64,000 nucleotides of DNA from an uncultured Bdellovibrionales bacterium (GTDB taxonomy: Bacteria > Pseudomonadota > Alphaproteobacteria > Micavibrionales > GCA-2720935). Below, piece by piece: positions 46,405-56,700 of this stretch. The position numbers and the translations under genes were made by a program. Where the stretch lies: contig CAYGOD010000001.1 in assembly GCA_964351525.1 (NCBI GenBank), forward strand, positions 78,534 to 142,533, written 5' to 3'. Under the pieces are notes generated by a model, which made no database searches, was not told the origin of the DNA, and was given only the letters and a program-made list of their open reading frames with translations. The number at the start of each line of letters is the position of its first letter. Positions within the stretch are counted from its first letter, which is position 1.

Positions 46405-46947
46405 ATGTTTAAATCTAAAAAAGAGCAAACCGTAACGTTGGAATCATTGTCAGAGAGTTATAATTTTTTTATTGCTGACTATTGGGACTATGATTTTAGA
46501 GAGCAACAAAGAGAAGAAGATTTGTTGGCATTAATGGCACTAGAGGAAAAAGAGGGCTTACGAACAGCGTTCAATTTGACGTTAACGTCTAAAAAAGCGG
46601 GTGCCGTTGAGGTGGTCAATAACCCACGTGGCAATATTAACTTTGCCTATGATACACTCGAACCAGAAGCTGTTAGCAGATTATGTCAGGATTTCATTCG
46701 TTGTATCGGTGCAAATGCCAGTATATTGCTACGCAGTGAAGCAGATAGTGATGACTATAGGGAAGCAAAACAAAACTATACTGATTATCTTATTGAAACA
46801 GTTAAACTGTTAGCCGTGTGGCGCTTATCACAACTAAACACACGTGGCTGGACTGGAAAACATTCACCAACACGAGGTGATGTAGATTTCAAACATGGTG
46901 TGCATGTGCAGATGCGTAATGCATTAAAAACCTATAAAGCGTTATAA
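46405..46947 (+). CDS. Hypothetical protein
   Basis: A 180-aa ORF with an AAGGAGAA SD upstream. Confidence 0.5.
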   Translation: MFKSKKEQTVTLESLSESYNFFIADYWDYDFREQQREEDLLALMALEEKEGLRTAFNLTLTSKKAGAVEVVNNPRGNINFAYDTLEPEAVSRLCQDFIRCIGANASILLRSEADSDDYREAKQNYTDYLIETVKLLAVWRLSQLNTRGWTGKHSPTRGDVDFKHGVHVQMRNALKTYKAL

Positions 46948-46976
46948 TTTATTCGTATTGGTGAGAGAGTAATGCT

Positions 46977-47753
46977 ATGGTTATTTCCATGCAATCACCC
47001 TTTCAACAGACTGTTTCCGTGCTCCGTGAGTTTGGCCTAAAAGATAACGATATTAATGTTTATCTGGCTTGTCTTAAAGCCAGTGAGGGATTATTTGTAA
47101 AGGAGCTCGTTGATCGAACCAATTTAAAGCGCAGTACTATTGATTTGGTTATTGAGCGCTTGCTTGAAAAAGATTACTTGGCAAAAGTTAAAATGGGCGC
47201 ACGTTACCGGTATAAGTCCATTGCGCCTGAATCTATTTTATTCGCCCGTGAAAAAACCTTGGATGATTTTAAAAAGCTTGTACCATTGCTTTCAAATTTG
47301 CAAACCGACGATGAGGAAACCGATATACGTTTCTTTGACAGCAAGGAGGGCGTGCGTCAAGGCTATCGACAAGTGCTATTGTCTTTAAGGTTAGAAACAG
47401 ACCCTGCTAAAAAAGAGCTTTTGGCGATATCATCTGGTAATGATGTTATGCGTTCTTTTCCTGATATTTATGATTTTTTTATTAGTAAAAGAATTAAAGA
47501 AAAATTATCGATAAAAATTATCACCTCACAAACGAACAAAAAGCAAAAGGGCTGGGATGATGATATTAGTGAACTGCGTGAGGTTAAATATTTCGATGAG
47601 AAGCGCTTCCCATTCAATGTTAGCTTTGAAGTGTTCTCTGATTCAGTGTGGATTTTCTCACCGCACCAGCCAATCGGTGGTGTTTTGATTAAAAATGAAA
47701 AAATTAGTAGCTCGCTACGTTCTTTACATCAACTTCTTTGGTCACTCTTATAA
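46977..47753 (+). CDS. TrmB-like winged-helix transcriptional regulator
   Basis: The N-terminal LREFGLKDNDINVYLACLKASEGLFVKELVDRTNLKRSTIDLVIERLLEKDYLAKV is typical of the TrmB HTH. Confidence 0.6.
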   Translation: MVISMQSPFQQTVSVLREFGLKDNDINVYLACLKASEGLFVKELVDRTNLKRSTIDLVIERLLEKDYLAKVKMGARYRYKSIAPESILFAREKTLDDFKKLVPLLSNLQTDDEETDIRFFDSKEGVRQGYRQVLLSLRLETDPAKKELLAISSGNDVMRSFPDIYDFFISKRIKEKLSIKIITSQTNKKQKGWDDDISELREVKYFDEKRFPFNVSFEVFSDSVWIFSPHQPIGGVLIKNEKISSSLRSLHQLLWSLL

Positions 47754-47857
47754 TACTAGGGATGACACTATCCGAGAGCAATTCGCGTTTGCCTGATGTC
47801 CGCCCCTATTAACATATTTATAAAGAGAAATTTAACGTTCTTTTGTTATTATAAGGC

Positions 47858-49906
47858 GTGATATCAGAACTATATAAAATAACCCCGAGCGATGGTGGTG
47901 TATCAGTGATTATGCCTGGTTTGGTTGATTCCAAGACGGGAGATTTTTGTGGTACAACAAAGATCAAATATCCATCAAGAATCGAAGCGAAAAAAGCAAT
48001 TTTACGCTCTCAAAAACGTGTCTTGGAACATGCTGAACTTCGTGATTTAAAGAATTATAATGGCGCATATCTTCGCATTGAAGCTATATTGCATGAAGGC
48101 CATATAGAATACCATGTAACAGTACCTGATATAATTCCCTTTGCTGACGGTCGGGGCGGCGGTATACCGCACAAGAGAGTTATTAAATATACCACTTGGG
48201 ACGCCGCGAAAAAAACTCTTTTATCGTGTCTGCAACGATCAAAAAATCTGGAAGCTGAAAAATTACTGGCCATTACACTCCCTAGTGAAGAAACGTTCAG
48301 ATTTTTTAACTTCGTTGATTTTGATCCGCAGGTAACGCCTTCATCGGGGACACGCGCTCTTTCTAATATAGTAGAGAAATATCTCGGCTATAAGGGAGAA
48401 AATACACTCGATAAAAGTCAGTATACATACAAGCAAACTATAAAAAATGAGAATTGGAGGACTGACTTATATAGTTTTTTGTCAGATTATCTAGATAATG
48501 AAGGGGCAGATATATTAACAGATCTCAATATAGAGAGACTAGATATGCTGACACCCAAGCAAGCTATTTCTTTGTCTTCAAGAATTGTTTTAGAGTTAAC
48601 GGCCTATAATGAGGCGGATGATAGCGAGGCGGGTAACAAAAAAAACGACCGGTCGAAAGCCGATCAGTCAACTGCTCTTGATATTTTAAAAGAAGGCAGG
48701 GAGAATAAGACGAACGAAAAATGGCAGGGAAATGGTGTGTGCCGGAACTTTGCATGCTCGTTGAAGGCTGTGTTTGAGTGTTTAAAAAGTGCCCAAATAA
48801 ACTTTAGCCGTCTTAATGATACATATTGCCATTATTCGTCCGATATCGCCAGTAATGCCTCTAGAAGTAATAGTTTTATGCCCAAGAGAGAACAGTTTAA
48901 TGCACTTTCCTTGAGCGCACCAATTGGACATGCTTGGAATACCTTTTTTACAATTGCTGAAAATGGAAAAATTGATGTTTCAATTATCGATGTAACATGG
49001 GTCGCACGAAATCACGATGCGATAAAACAGACAGGAAATTTAGACCATACAGCAACAAGAATCTTGCCAATCATTAAAACAGTGGCCCAAGACATGACAC
49101 CTGATTTTGATCTGTACGCTGAGCAGATTTCAAAGATAGCGTCATACTATGCTGATCGTCTCAAAAAATTAAATGAAAAAACAGATAGGTTTAGCGTAAA
49201 TGAACAAGGGGCGTTATTAACGGATGCATTGGCGTTTGGGGGCCAGCAGCCAGATTTCTTCGCGTTTCCAGAATCTTATGTTTCTACGGTATTGGAGAGT
49301 GCTGTTCGCATAGCACCAGAGCTTATGATAGAAGAGATAGAGGCTTTACACCACATATGTGAATCTTCTGAGGCGTATCAGCTAGATTTTAATGGCGTCT
49401 TGACGGGTTTTTTAAAAGATAAGAGGATGTCTGATCGGCGCAATTATATGTTATCTCGCGATGATAAGTTGCAGGAGTTGATATTTGATATCCTAAAAAA
49501 TAGAAAAGATTTTGATGTAAAAATAAAAGATCAACCAGCACTTTATCGTCGATTAATGGATATTGATCCAACACTATTTGTTGATTTTGATCCTGTGGCG
49601 AGTCAGCAAGATTCTAAAGTATTTTCGCACATGATAGAGCGTTCAAATGGTTTGCGCAGATATAGTTCATTGGCTATGTCCTCTGGTAACAGGACGCAAA
49701 GACCTAATAATATTCAGAAAATAACACAAACCGCAAGGCGTGCTCTTGAGGAGATAGATGCTCAGGTATATAAAAAATCTATAGCATCTGTAAATGACTA
49801 TTATTTAATAGCAAATTTTGATTCCTTAAAAAAGGCTCTAGAAGAACCCGTGGGCCAAGATGTTCCTTTACGTAGATCATTGAAATCGATACCAACATTT
49901 CGATAA
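47858..49906 (+). CDS. Large hypothetical protein with transglutaminase-like cysteine protease core
   Basis: Triad-like motifs QGNGV-C295-RNFACS, G-H358-AWNTF and IID378VTW have typical spacing (63 and 20 aa). The start codon is GTG. Confidence 0.5.
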   Translation: MISELYKITPSDGGVSVIMPGLVDSKTGDFCGTTKIKYPSRIEAKKAILRSQKRVLEHAELRDLKNYNGAYLRIEAILHEGHIEYHVTVPDIIPFADGRGGGIPHKRVIKYTTWDAAKKTLLSCLQRSKNLEAEKLLAITLPSEETFRFFNFVDFDPQVTPSSGTRALSNIVEKYLGYKGENTLDKSQYTYKQTIKNENWRTDLYSFLSDYLDNEGADILTDLNIERLDMLTPKQAISLSSRIVLELTAYNEADDSEAGNKKNDRSKADQSTALDILKEGRENKTNEKWQGNGVCRNFACSLKAVFECLKSAQINFSRLNDTYCHYSSDIASNASRSNSFMPKREQFNALSLSAPIGHAWNTFFTIAENGKIDVSIIDVTWVARNHDAIKQTGNLDHTATRILPIIKTVAQDMTPDFDLYAEQISKIASYYADRLKKLNEKTDRFSVNEQGALLTDALAFGGQQPDFFAFPESYVSTVLESAVRIAPELMIEEIEALHHICESSEAYQLDFNGVLTGFLKDKRMSDRRNYMLSRDDKLQELIFDILKNRKDFDVKIKDQPALYRRLMDIDPTLFVDFDPVASQQDSKVFSHMIERSNGLRRYSSLAMSSGNRTQRPNNIQKITQTARRALEEIDAQVYKKSIASVNDYYLIANFDSLKKALEEPVGQDVPLRRSLKSIPTFR

Positions 49907-49949
49907 AAACTTCTTATAATAAATATATAATATTTGTGGATATTACATT

Positions 49950-51362
49950 ATGTCTTTAGCCAAAAATGCTCTTAATTTATGCCGTAACATTTCAAAAAAA
50001 CTTGATTTTGCTATGGAATATTCTCCTTTAAATGGCGTTAATTGTTTAGGTTATTCTGACAAGGAAACTGAGGCTATGGCTATTGTTTGCCAAGCAGCAA
50101 AAGAATTGGGCGCCAAGCCGTTTATGGATCAGGGAGGAAATATTATTGCTCTCTTAGAGGGTTCGAATCCCAAGAAAAAAGCGGCACTTGTTGGTTCTCA
50201 TATTGATGCAGTTCCGAATGGTGGTCAGTATGATGGGAGGGCTGGCGTTTTATTGGCATTAGGTATCTTGCAGATGATGAAAGATCATAAAATTGAGCTT
50301 GAGCATGACTATGGTCTTGTTATTTTTCGCGCCGAGGAAAGCCCTCGTTTTGGTAAGGGATTACTGGGGTCTTTACTTGCAACGGGACAACTTGATATAA
50401 AAGATTTTGATAGAAAATGCATTTTGGGTACAGAAAAAACCGTGTATGAGGCTATAGAATCTCAGGGTTTAAATGCTCAAAAATTGATCAATAAAATGAA
50501 AAATAAAATTCCTCTTTTCCCTTTAGGGCATATAGGCGCTTTTTTTGAGATGCATATAGAGCAATCGGATATAATACTTAATGATCAAGCAGACTTAGGA
50601 CTGGTTACCGCAATAAGGGGAAATCTAAGGTCTGATATAAAGCTTTTAGGGGTGGCGGGGCACACTGGCGGCACCAAACAATTCATTGAAATGCCGAATG
50701 GAAGCTTTGAAGATAAGAGATCAGAGGCATCAAGAGGTATTATAGAAATTGGTTATAAATTTTCTATAAAGTGCCAAAAGATAGCCGAATCTGGACGTGA
50801 CATTGTTTTCTCTATACCTTTTATTGAAACGCCAAATGCATCTTTTACCAAAATATGTGCAGAGGCTTCGTCTAGATTTGAAGCTAGAAGCGCTGATATT
50901 GAGGTGCTGAAAGAACTAAAGGCTTTTCTTGAAACAGAGATATCAGAAACAGCGTCTTTAATGGGGTTAAAGATTGCTTCGGATGTACGGCATGCAATTA
51001 GCGCCCCAGTAACAGAACTTTCAGGGCCGCTTATTAGGGCCCTTGATGAAAGTGCGGAGAGTTTTAGTTTGAAGTCGCTTTATATGATCTCTGGCGCAGG
51101 GCATGATACTATGAATATGGCTCGGTCATCTATTCCATCAGCAATGATCTTTGTTCCTCACTCTGGCCCTAGCCATGTACCGCATGAAGATATGGTCCTT
51201 AACAAAGGAGACAAGCCTTATGCGGTAGGGTCTCCTTTCGAGAATGCATTAAAGACAATGTATGCTACACAAATAGGCCTTGATATGCCTTTCAAAAATC
51301 CAGAAGATGAAGGAAAATCATTTTTAGCTTCTATTATATCCAATGGTGCCCGTCTTTTTTAG
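49950..51362 (+). CDS. M20-family amidohydrolase (hydantoinase/carbamoylase-type amidase, allantoate amidohydrolase-like)
   Basis: Contains GSHIDAVPNGGQYDGRAGVLLALGIL, RAEES and SGAGHD. Confidence 0.75.
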   Translation: MSLAKNALNLCRNISKKLDFAMEYSPLNGVNCLGYSDKETEAMAIVCQAAKELGAKPFMDQGGNIIALLEGSNPKKKAALVGSHIDAVPNGGQYDGRAGVLLALGILQMMKDHKIELEHDYGLVIFRAEESPRFGKGLLGSLLATGQLDIKDFDRKCILGTEKTVYEAIESQGLNAQKLINKMKNKIPLFPLGHIGAFFEMHIEQSDIILNDQADLGLVTAIRGNLRSDIKLLGVAGHTGGTKQFIEMPNGSFEDKRSEASRGIIEIGYKFSIKCQKIAESGRDIVFSIPFIETPNASFTKICAEASSRFEARSADIEVLKELKAFLETEISETASLMGLKIASDVRHAISAPVTELSGPLIRALDESAESFSLKSLYMISGAGHDTMNMARSSIPSAMIFVPHSGPSHVPHEDMVLNKGDKPYAVGSPFENALKTMYATQIGLDMPFKNPEDEGKSFLASIISNGARLF

Positions 51363-51458
51363 GCATGCTCTATTGATTTTTAAGACCGTGCAGAGGTGGC
51401 AATAATGGAATGCTTTTTTCTTATTGTTAAGCTTCTCTCTTGATATTATGGTGGTGTT

Positions 51459-52244
51459 ATGAATAAAAAATATATATTTGAGCAAGGGATCGCAGCCTTG
51501 CCGCGCTTCGTTTCACAAGATCTTAATATGCATGCGCTATTAGATCCTGCTATTAACGCTTTGCCAGAGCTTTTAAAAGAAGGCATAGAAAAATGGGATG
51601 GCATTTATATTGATTATGAACCTCCTTTTTTAATGCGCTTATATAAATCTATTGATGTTGTATCTTTAGCAGATGGCAGATCGCGTAAAGCGTTTGTTTC
51701 TCTTCATTATTTTTTTTCAGGTCGTGGTGATGGGGATTCTGATAGGGCGGGGTTTTTGAATCCATATAAAGAACGCCCTGATTTGATAGATAAAGAAAAT
51801 GATAATAATTATCATCCACATCCTTGGGCCTCGGCTTTCTTTATTTTAAAGGGGTCTTATAAACAAGAATTAGGTCTTGCTACACGGCTTGGCTATAGCT
51901 CAGAGCCCGCGTCATTAATAAGACCAAAGCCTTACGCGTTAGTCATGCAACAAGCGGACAACGAAGAGCGGTGTTCTTATGCTTTTAATGATCCTTATCA
52001 ATGGCACCGTGTATTACCAGACTCATTGCCATGCGGTGACGATGACATTGCGACAGTTATGATAACATATAAGCCCGAAGATTGGGGACAGGTAGGACCT
52101 AAGCCAGCTCAAAAACAGCGACAACTAAGTCTTTCAGAAAAAACGTTTATGGCGCAGCATTTCTCAAAGCTTCTAAGCGCAAGAACACTTAAGTTGAGGC
52201 TTCAAAACAATGCTAATAGAAGCGCGAATAAAATGAATTTGTGA
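51459..52244 (+). CDS. Hypothetical protein
   Basis: A 261-aa ORF. No confident domain. The HPHPW…ILKG pattern is vaguely cupin-like. Confidence 0.45.
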   Translation: MNKKYIFEQGIAALPRFVSQDLNMHALLDPAINALPELLKEGIEKWDGIYIDYEPPFLMRLYKSIDVVSLADGRSRKAFVSLHYFFSGRGDGDSDRAGFLNPYKERPDLIDKENDNNYHPHPWASAFFILKGSYKQELGLATRLGYSSEPASLIRPKPYALVMQQADNEERCSYAFNDPYQWHRVLPDSLPCGDDDIATVMITYKPEDWGQVGPKPAQKQRQLSLSEKTFMAQHFSKLLSARTLKLRLQNNANRSANKMNL

Positions 52245-52308
52245 TATTTGTAGTTGTCCTAAAAGAGGCTTTAACGTTTGTATGCTCTCAAGCTTAGCGT
52301 ATTTTAAC

Positions 52309-52833
52309 TTAGAAACAAAAACTAGGAGATCTCATCGATTGTTCATATGCGGGTTTTTCGGATTCCCTAATCCAGTGTCCTGTTGTGAGAGATGATTTGT
52401 TCCCCTTTTTGTCAATATAGTGAGCAACAATATTTATTGAATGATGCGGTGAGGGTTGTGCACCAATATAATGTCCTCTGCCGTCTTCATATTCTTCTTT
52501 AACTTCAAAATGTGTGAATTTTCCGCCTTGGGCTATATAGGAAATACCATGGCTATAGCCAGCCCCTGAATCTGAGCTAATGGCAAAAACACTTTGTGAG
52601 TGTTTTTCTCGTTTTGGGTATTCTGGGTTGCTGCCATCTGTATTAATTTTTACAACATAATATTCTGGTTGCAGATAGTCTACTTTTTCATCGTATCCAT
52701 CTGGGTTTTTCTTGGTAATGGTGAGTAAGCTGCCTGTCTTTTTTTCTACTACTATGCTGAAGCTATCAATTTTTGATACTACTTTGGGTTGGCTGTTTAA
52801 CACTTTGTTAAAAAAAATACGGAAAAAACTCAT
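52309..52833 (-). CDS. Hypothetical protein
   Basis: A 174-aa ORF. No motif recognised. Confidence 0.4.
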   Translation of the reverse strand: MSFFRIFFNKVLNSQPKVVSKIDSFSIVVEKKTGSLLTITKKNPDGYDEKVDYLQPEYYVVKINTDGSNPEYPKREKHSQSVFAISSDSGAGYSHGISYIAQGGKFTHFEVKEEYEDGRGHYIGAQPSPHHSINIVAHYIDKKGNKSSLTTGHWIRESEKPAYEQSMRSPSFCF

Positions 52834-52970
52834 TCTTATGGCTCCTGTTTTTCATAGATAGGCAATAATAATTATATCATTATGTATAATTTATGCCATT
52901 CTTGAAGTCAAGAATTATGTCAGATGAAAATCATGTTTCATTTTAAGGAAAATAGTTTTATTGTCCTCTC

Positions 52971-53699
52971 ATGAGAAAAATTCATTATAGTATTTTAAAG
53001 CGTATTAATCGTCTTGTTCGTTCAGAATATAGTTTAGTTAGCCGTTATGGCGCGCGGTTTTTATTAAATAAAAATAACTGGATTGATAGCCGTCTTTTAA
53101 ATTTTCAGCCTTATGAGCATAAGAACTTAAGATTTATTCGTCAGGAGCTTGATAAGAATTCCTATGATCGGTTTCTTGATATAGGCGCGAATATTGGTTT
53201 CTTTTCAACATTGGTGCCGCAGAAAAACGCTATTAAAAAAATCATGAGCTTTGAGCCTTTGCTGCGTAATTATATACAGCTTTCGTCACATATTTTATTG
53301 AACAAGCTTGAGACACGTGTGGATACATATCACTTCGCCTTGGGGGATGTTGCCGGTAAATCAATATTACATTTCAATGATAAGTCTACGGGTATAGGCA
53401 CATTAGTGCCTGAGGCCAATGTACGTGACATAAAAGATTATGATCGTACAAACGAGATTGAATGTCGCGTTTTTGATGATGAGTTTGATATAAAAAATGA
53501 GACACTATTTATTAAAATGGATGTCGAGCAATATGAGTATCAGGCTTTGCAAGGGATGAAAAATTTGCTGTCACATAACAGAGTGATGTTATTGATAGAA
53601 ATTAATGATCCTGAATCTCCTGTCTTTTCTTTTCTAAAAGGCAGGGGTTTCGACACTGCTGAAACAGATAGTGAAGACTATGTTTTTAAAAACTTCTAA
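52971..53699 (+). CDS. FkbM-family methyltransferase
   Basis: Contains FLDIGANIGFFS (AdoMet motif I) and the MDVEQYEYQALQG pattern of FkbM proteins. Confidence 0.75.
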   Translation: MRKIHYSILKRINRLVRSEYSLVSRYGARFLLNKNNWIDSRLLNFQPYEHKNLRFIRQELDKNSYDRFLDIGANIGFFSTLVPQKNAIKKIMSFEPLLRNYIQLSSHILLNKLETRVDTYHFALGDVAGKSILHFNDKSTGIGTLVPEANVRDIKDYDRTNEIECRVFDDEFDIKNETLFIKMDVEQYEYQALQGMKNLLSHNRVMLLIEINDPESPVFSFLKGRGFDTAETDSEDYVFKNF

Positions 53700-53726
53700 T
53701 CCTCTATATCAACATCATTCTTATGG

Positions 53727-56700
53727 TTACGGCACTGTTTGTCCTGTGTAATAACGGAATCCTGTACTTAATAAAGTACCATTAAAGGCTGTTGATGGTT
53801 CACCTACAGTAAGAGAACCTTGAGCATTGGTAAAGAAGGCACAATTGTCGCCGCCTGACCAGCGGTTGCCTTCGAGGGCGGCTGGTGATGTACCGCTACC
53901 CAATAGATTTTCATCTAACCATGCCCTTACACGTCTTAGGGTAAAGTCATATTCAAAGGTAAGCGTATAGCTGCCTGCTATGAAGGAGGCCGTCGGGACA
54001 TCAAGGAAAGCAAGGTCAGTATCGGGTGTCGCGTTTCCACCTTCACCGCCGCGAATTCTAAATACATTATCAATGGCATTAAAGCCAACGAATTGTCCTT
54101 GCCCAGCGCCGCCACATTCAAAGATTAAACCAGAAGGGCTTACTGGGATGGTTAGATCAAGCGCCATAACATAAGTGCCCGCAGTTGGTATTGTTACACC
54201 ACTTCCTTGAACATTGGCTTCATCAACATTGCCATCTGGAGCTGTGATATTGCGCGTTAATGTTAAGGTTCGTTCTAAGTTGACTGTTTCAAAGTTAAGG
54301 TCTGTTGATGTAAGGGCCGCGGCATTATTACTATTAAGATCTTGAATGGCACCCAGAGGCCATGTGATCTCATAATTCTCTGCATACTCTAGATCTGTGC
54401 TTGGATTAAGTGTAATCATAGTACCCGATACAGTGACCTCAGGTGAAGCCAATGTGTAAGAAACAGTACTAGAGCCATCATCGGTATCTGTTAGGGTAAT
54501 TGTTCCAATTACGGCAATGTTTTCATCAAAATTCAGCACAATGTTGGCATTACGGGCAATTTGTGTCGCCCCATCTGCGATATTTGCGCCCGTAAAGAGC
54601 GGTGGGGTCGTATCATTTGACGTAGTGAAATTTAAATTCCCAGATGTGATGCCAGCAAAATCATTACTATTAACATCTTCAATGACACCAGATGCAATGG
54701 TCACATCATAATCGGTGGACAATTCTAGATTCGTTGTTGGGTTCAACGTTAGGGTTGATCCAACGATAGAAATTTGTGCATCCCCAATGGGAATAATGCG
54801 GTTGTCGGTGCCATCAGTTGTGTCTGTAATAAAGATATTACCAAGTCCTGCTTGTATCGTTTCATTAAATGTCAGAACAATATCACTGGCAGACGCAAAT
54901 GCAGGATCATTATCAACAGGGCTAGACAGGGTCAAGCTTGGCGGCGTTGTGTCATTGATAGGGAGTGTCACATCCGTATAGGCAGTGACCGCATCAAGGC
55001 TGTTTGTTGTGCCGATAATCGTGCCACCATTGAGGTCTAAATCTTGAATGGTGAGGCTGGTTGATCCGACATCGGCGGCAATAAAGACATGACGAAAGAC
55101 AAGCTGTGTCGGTGTACTTGCTCCAACATTATAAGCGAAGCTGCGAGGATTTGCCCCGACAAGACTATTAATGAAGGGGGCACCAGCAACCGTGACGGGC
55201 TGTGTAAAGGTTAGTCTTACATCGGCATTATTTCCTATAAATTGAGGACCTGTGATTAAGGCGGGCGTTACGTTGATGAAGGGCGCTGCCTCGGATCCAA
55301 TAGGCGGATTGGGGTTGATTAAATCAAGATTTGTAAAGGCCTCTTCTTGACGTGTTTCAAGGGCTGGATTAACCAGCAATGAGGTCACACCACTAGCGAT
55401 TGTCAGGCTGACGACATCGCTTTGGTTGCCACCAAGGGTCGCGACACCGACATCGGGTACAACATTAACCTGACCTGCACGGACTTGTATCGTCGTTGTT
55501 GTACCATCATCTGTGATGTCAATATCCGTTCCGATCAAGTTAACCATACCACCTGGAACATTAACGGTTCTTATACCGCCGCTACCTGATATGAATTGTA
55601 CGAACCCGCCATTTGTTGCTGTGACTGTCAATGTCGTATTACTGAATTCTAGAATAACATCGCCGCCGCCAGATGCAGAAATATTCGCGATGGCACCGTT
55701 ACTAAAGTTAATAATACTAAAATCACCATTAGGAACGGTTATGACAGTGTTAAAGGGTAAGTTCACGCCCGATGGTGTCGCGGCCCCGCCAACGATAAAG
55801 GGCAGGCCAATACTGGTGGCATCAAATTGTGCGCTAACAATAACAGTATCATCAACTTTTAAACGTTCTTCAACGCGGATACGGTTCTCACGGCGTACTT
55901 TTTCGAAAATACGTGAACGCATAGAATCGTTTCCACTAGCTGACCTAATATCTTCCAGAACAAGATTAGGATCTTGAGGATCATATAGTGGCATACGATA
56001 TTGGAAGGCCAGTTCAGAACCATCACGTCCACCATTTTCATCTATTAAAGCCCCCCTAACAACGAAATTATCGTTTACGCTATATTCAGCACTTAGCTCA
56101 AGCCCCCGAATGTCATCATCGGTTTCACGGAAATAAGTATAGCCTTTGCCAAAAATACTAAGTTCAGGTAAGTACGAGAAGGTATAACCAAGTTCAATGT
56201 CATAGCCTTCAAGGGCGCGCTCTTCATATTTACGACCAGCACTATCAATGCGGCTATCTTTGAAATCACTTAAAGGGTAATAGTAATTGGCAGCAAAGTT
56301 TAAATCTTTTGCTTTTGCATCAATACCCAAACTCATGCGCGCATGATTATAGGGGAATTGATGATCATAAAAGATATTGGCACCAAGAAGATATTTTTCA
56401 TCTTCTGTAAGATAACGATAGGCGGCACCGACATTGATTGTGTGACGGTTTTCATCGTCATCAATATCAACGCTTTGCTCGTTAACGATCCCGCCGCCTT
56501 GTAAGAAAATATTGTGACGTAGGTCGGCGGATTGATGAATGGGTTGTGTCAAAAGAGCACTAAAATATGAGTTCTCAAAATTATTGAGATTATATTCAAG
56601 CTCCATATGGCGCAGGGCATAAAGATCACTTTGTCTAGCCAATGCAAGGCCAGAGTCTATTAAACCTTTAGCGCCAGATATCATGAAATTATCAGCGGTG

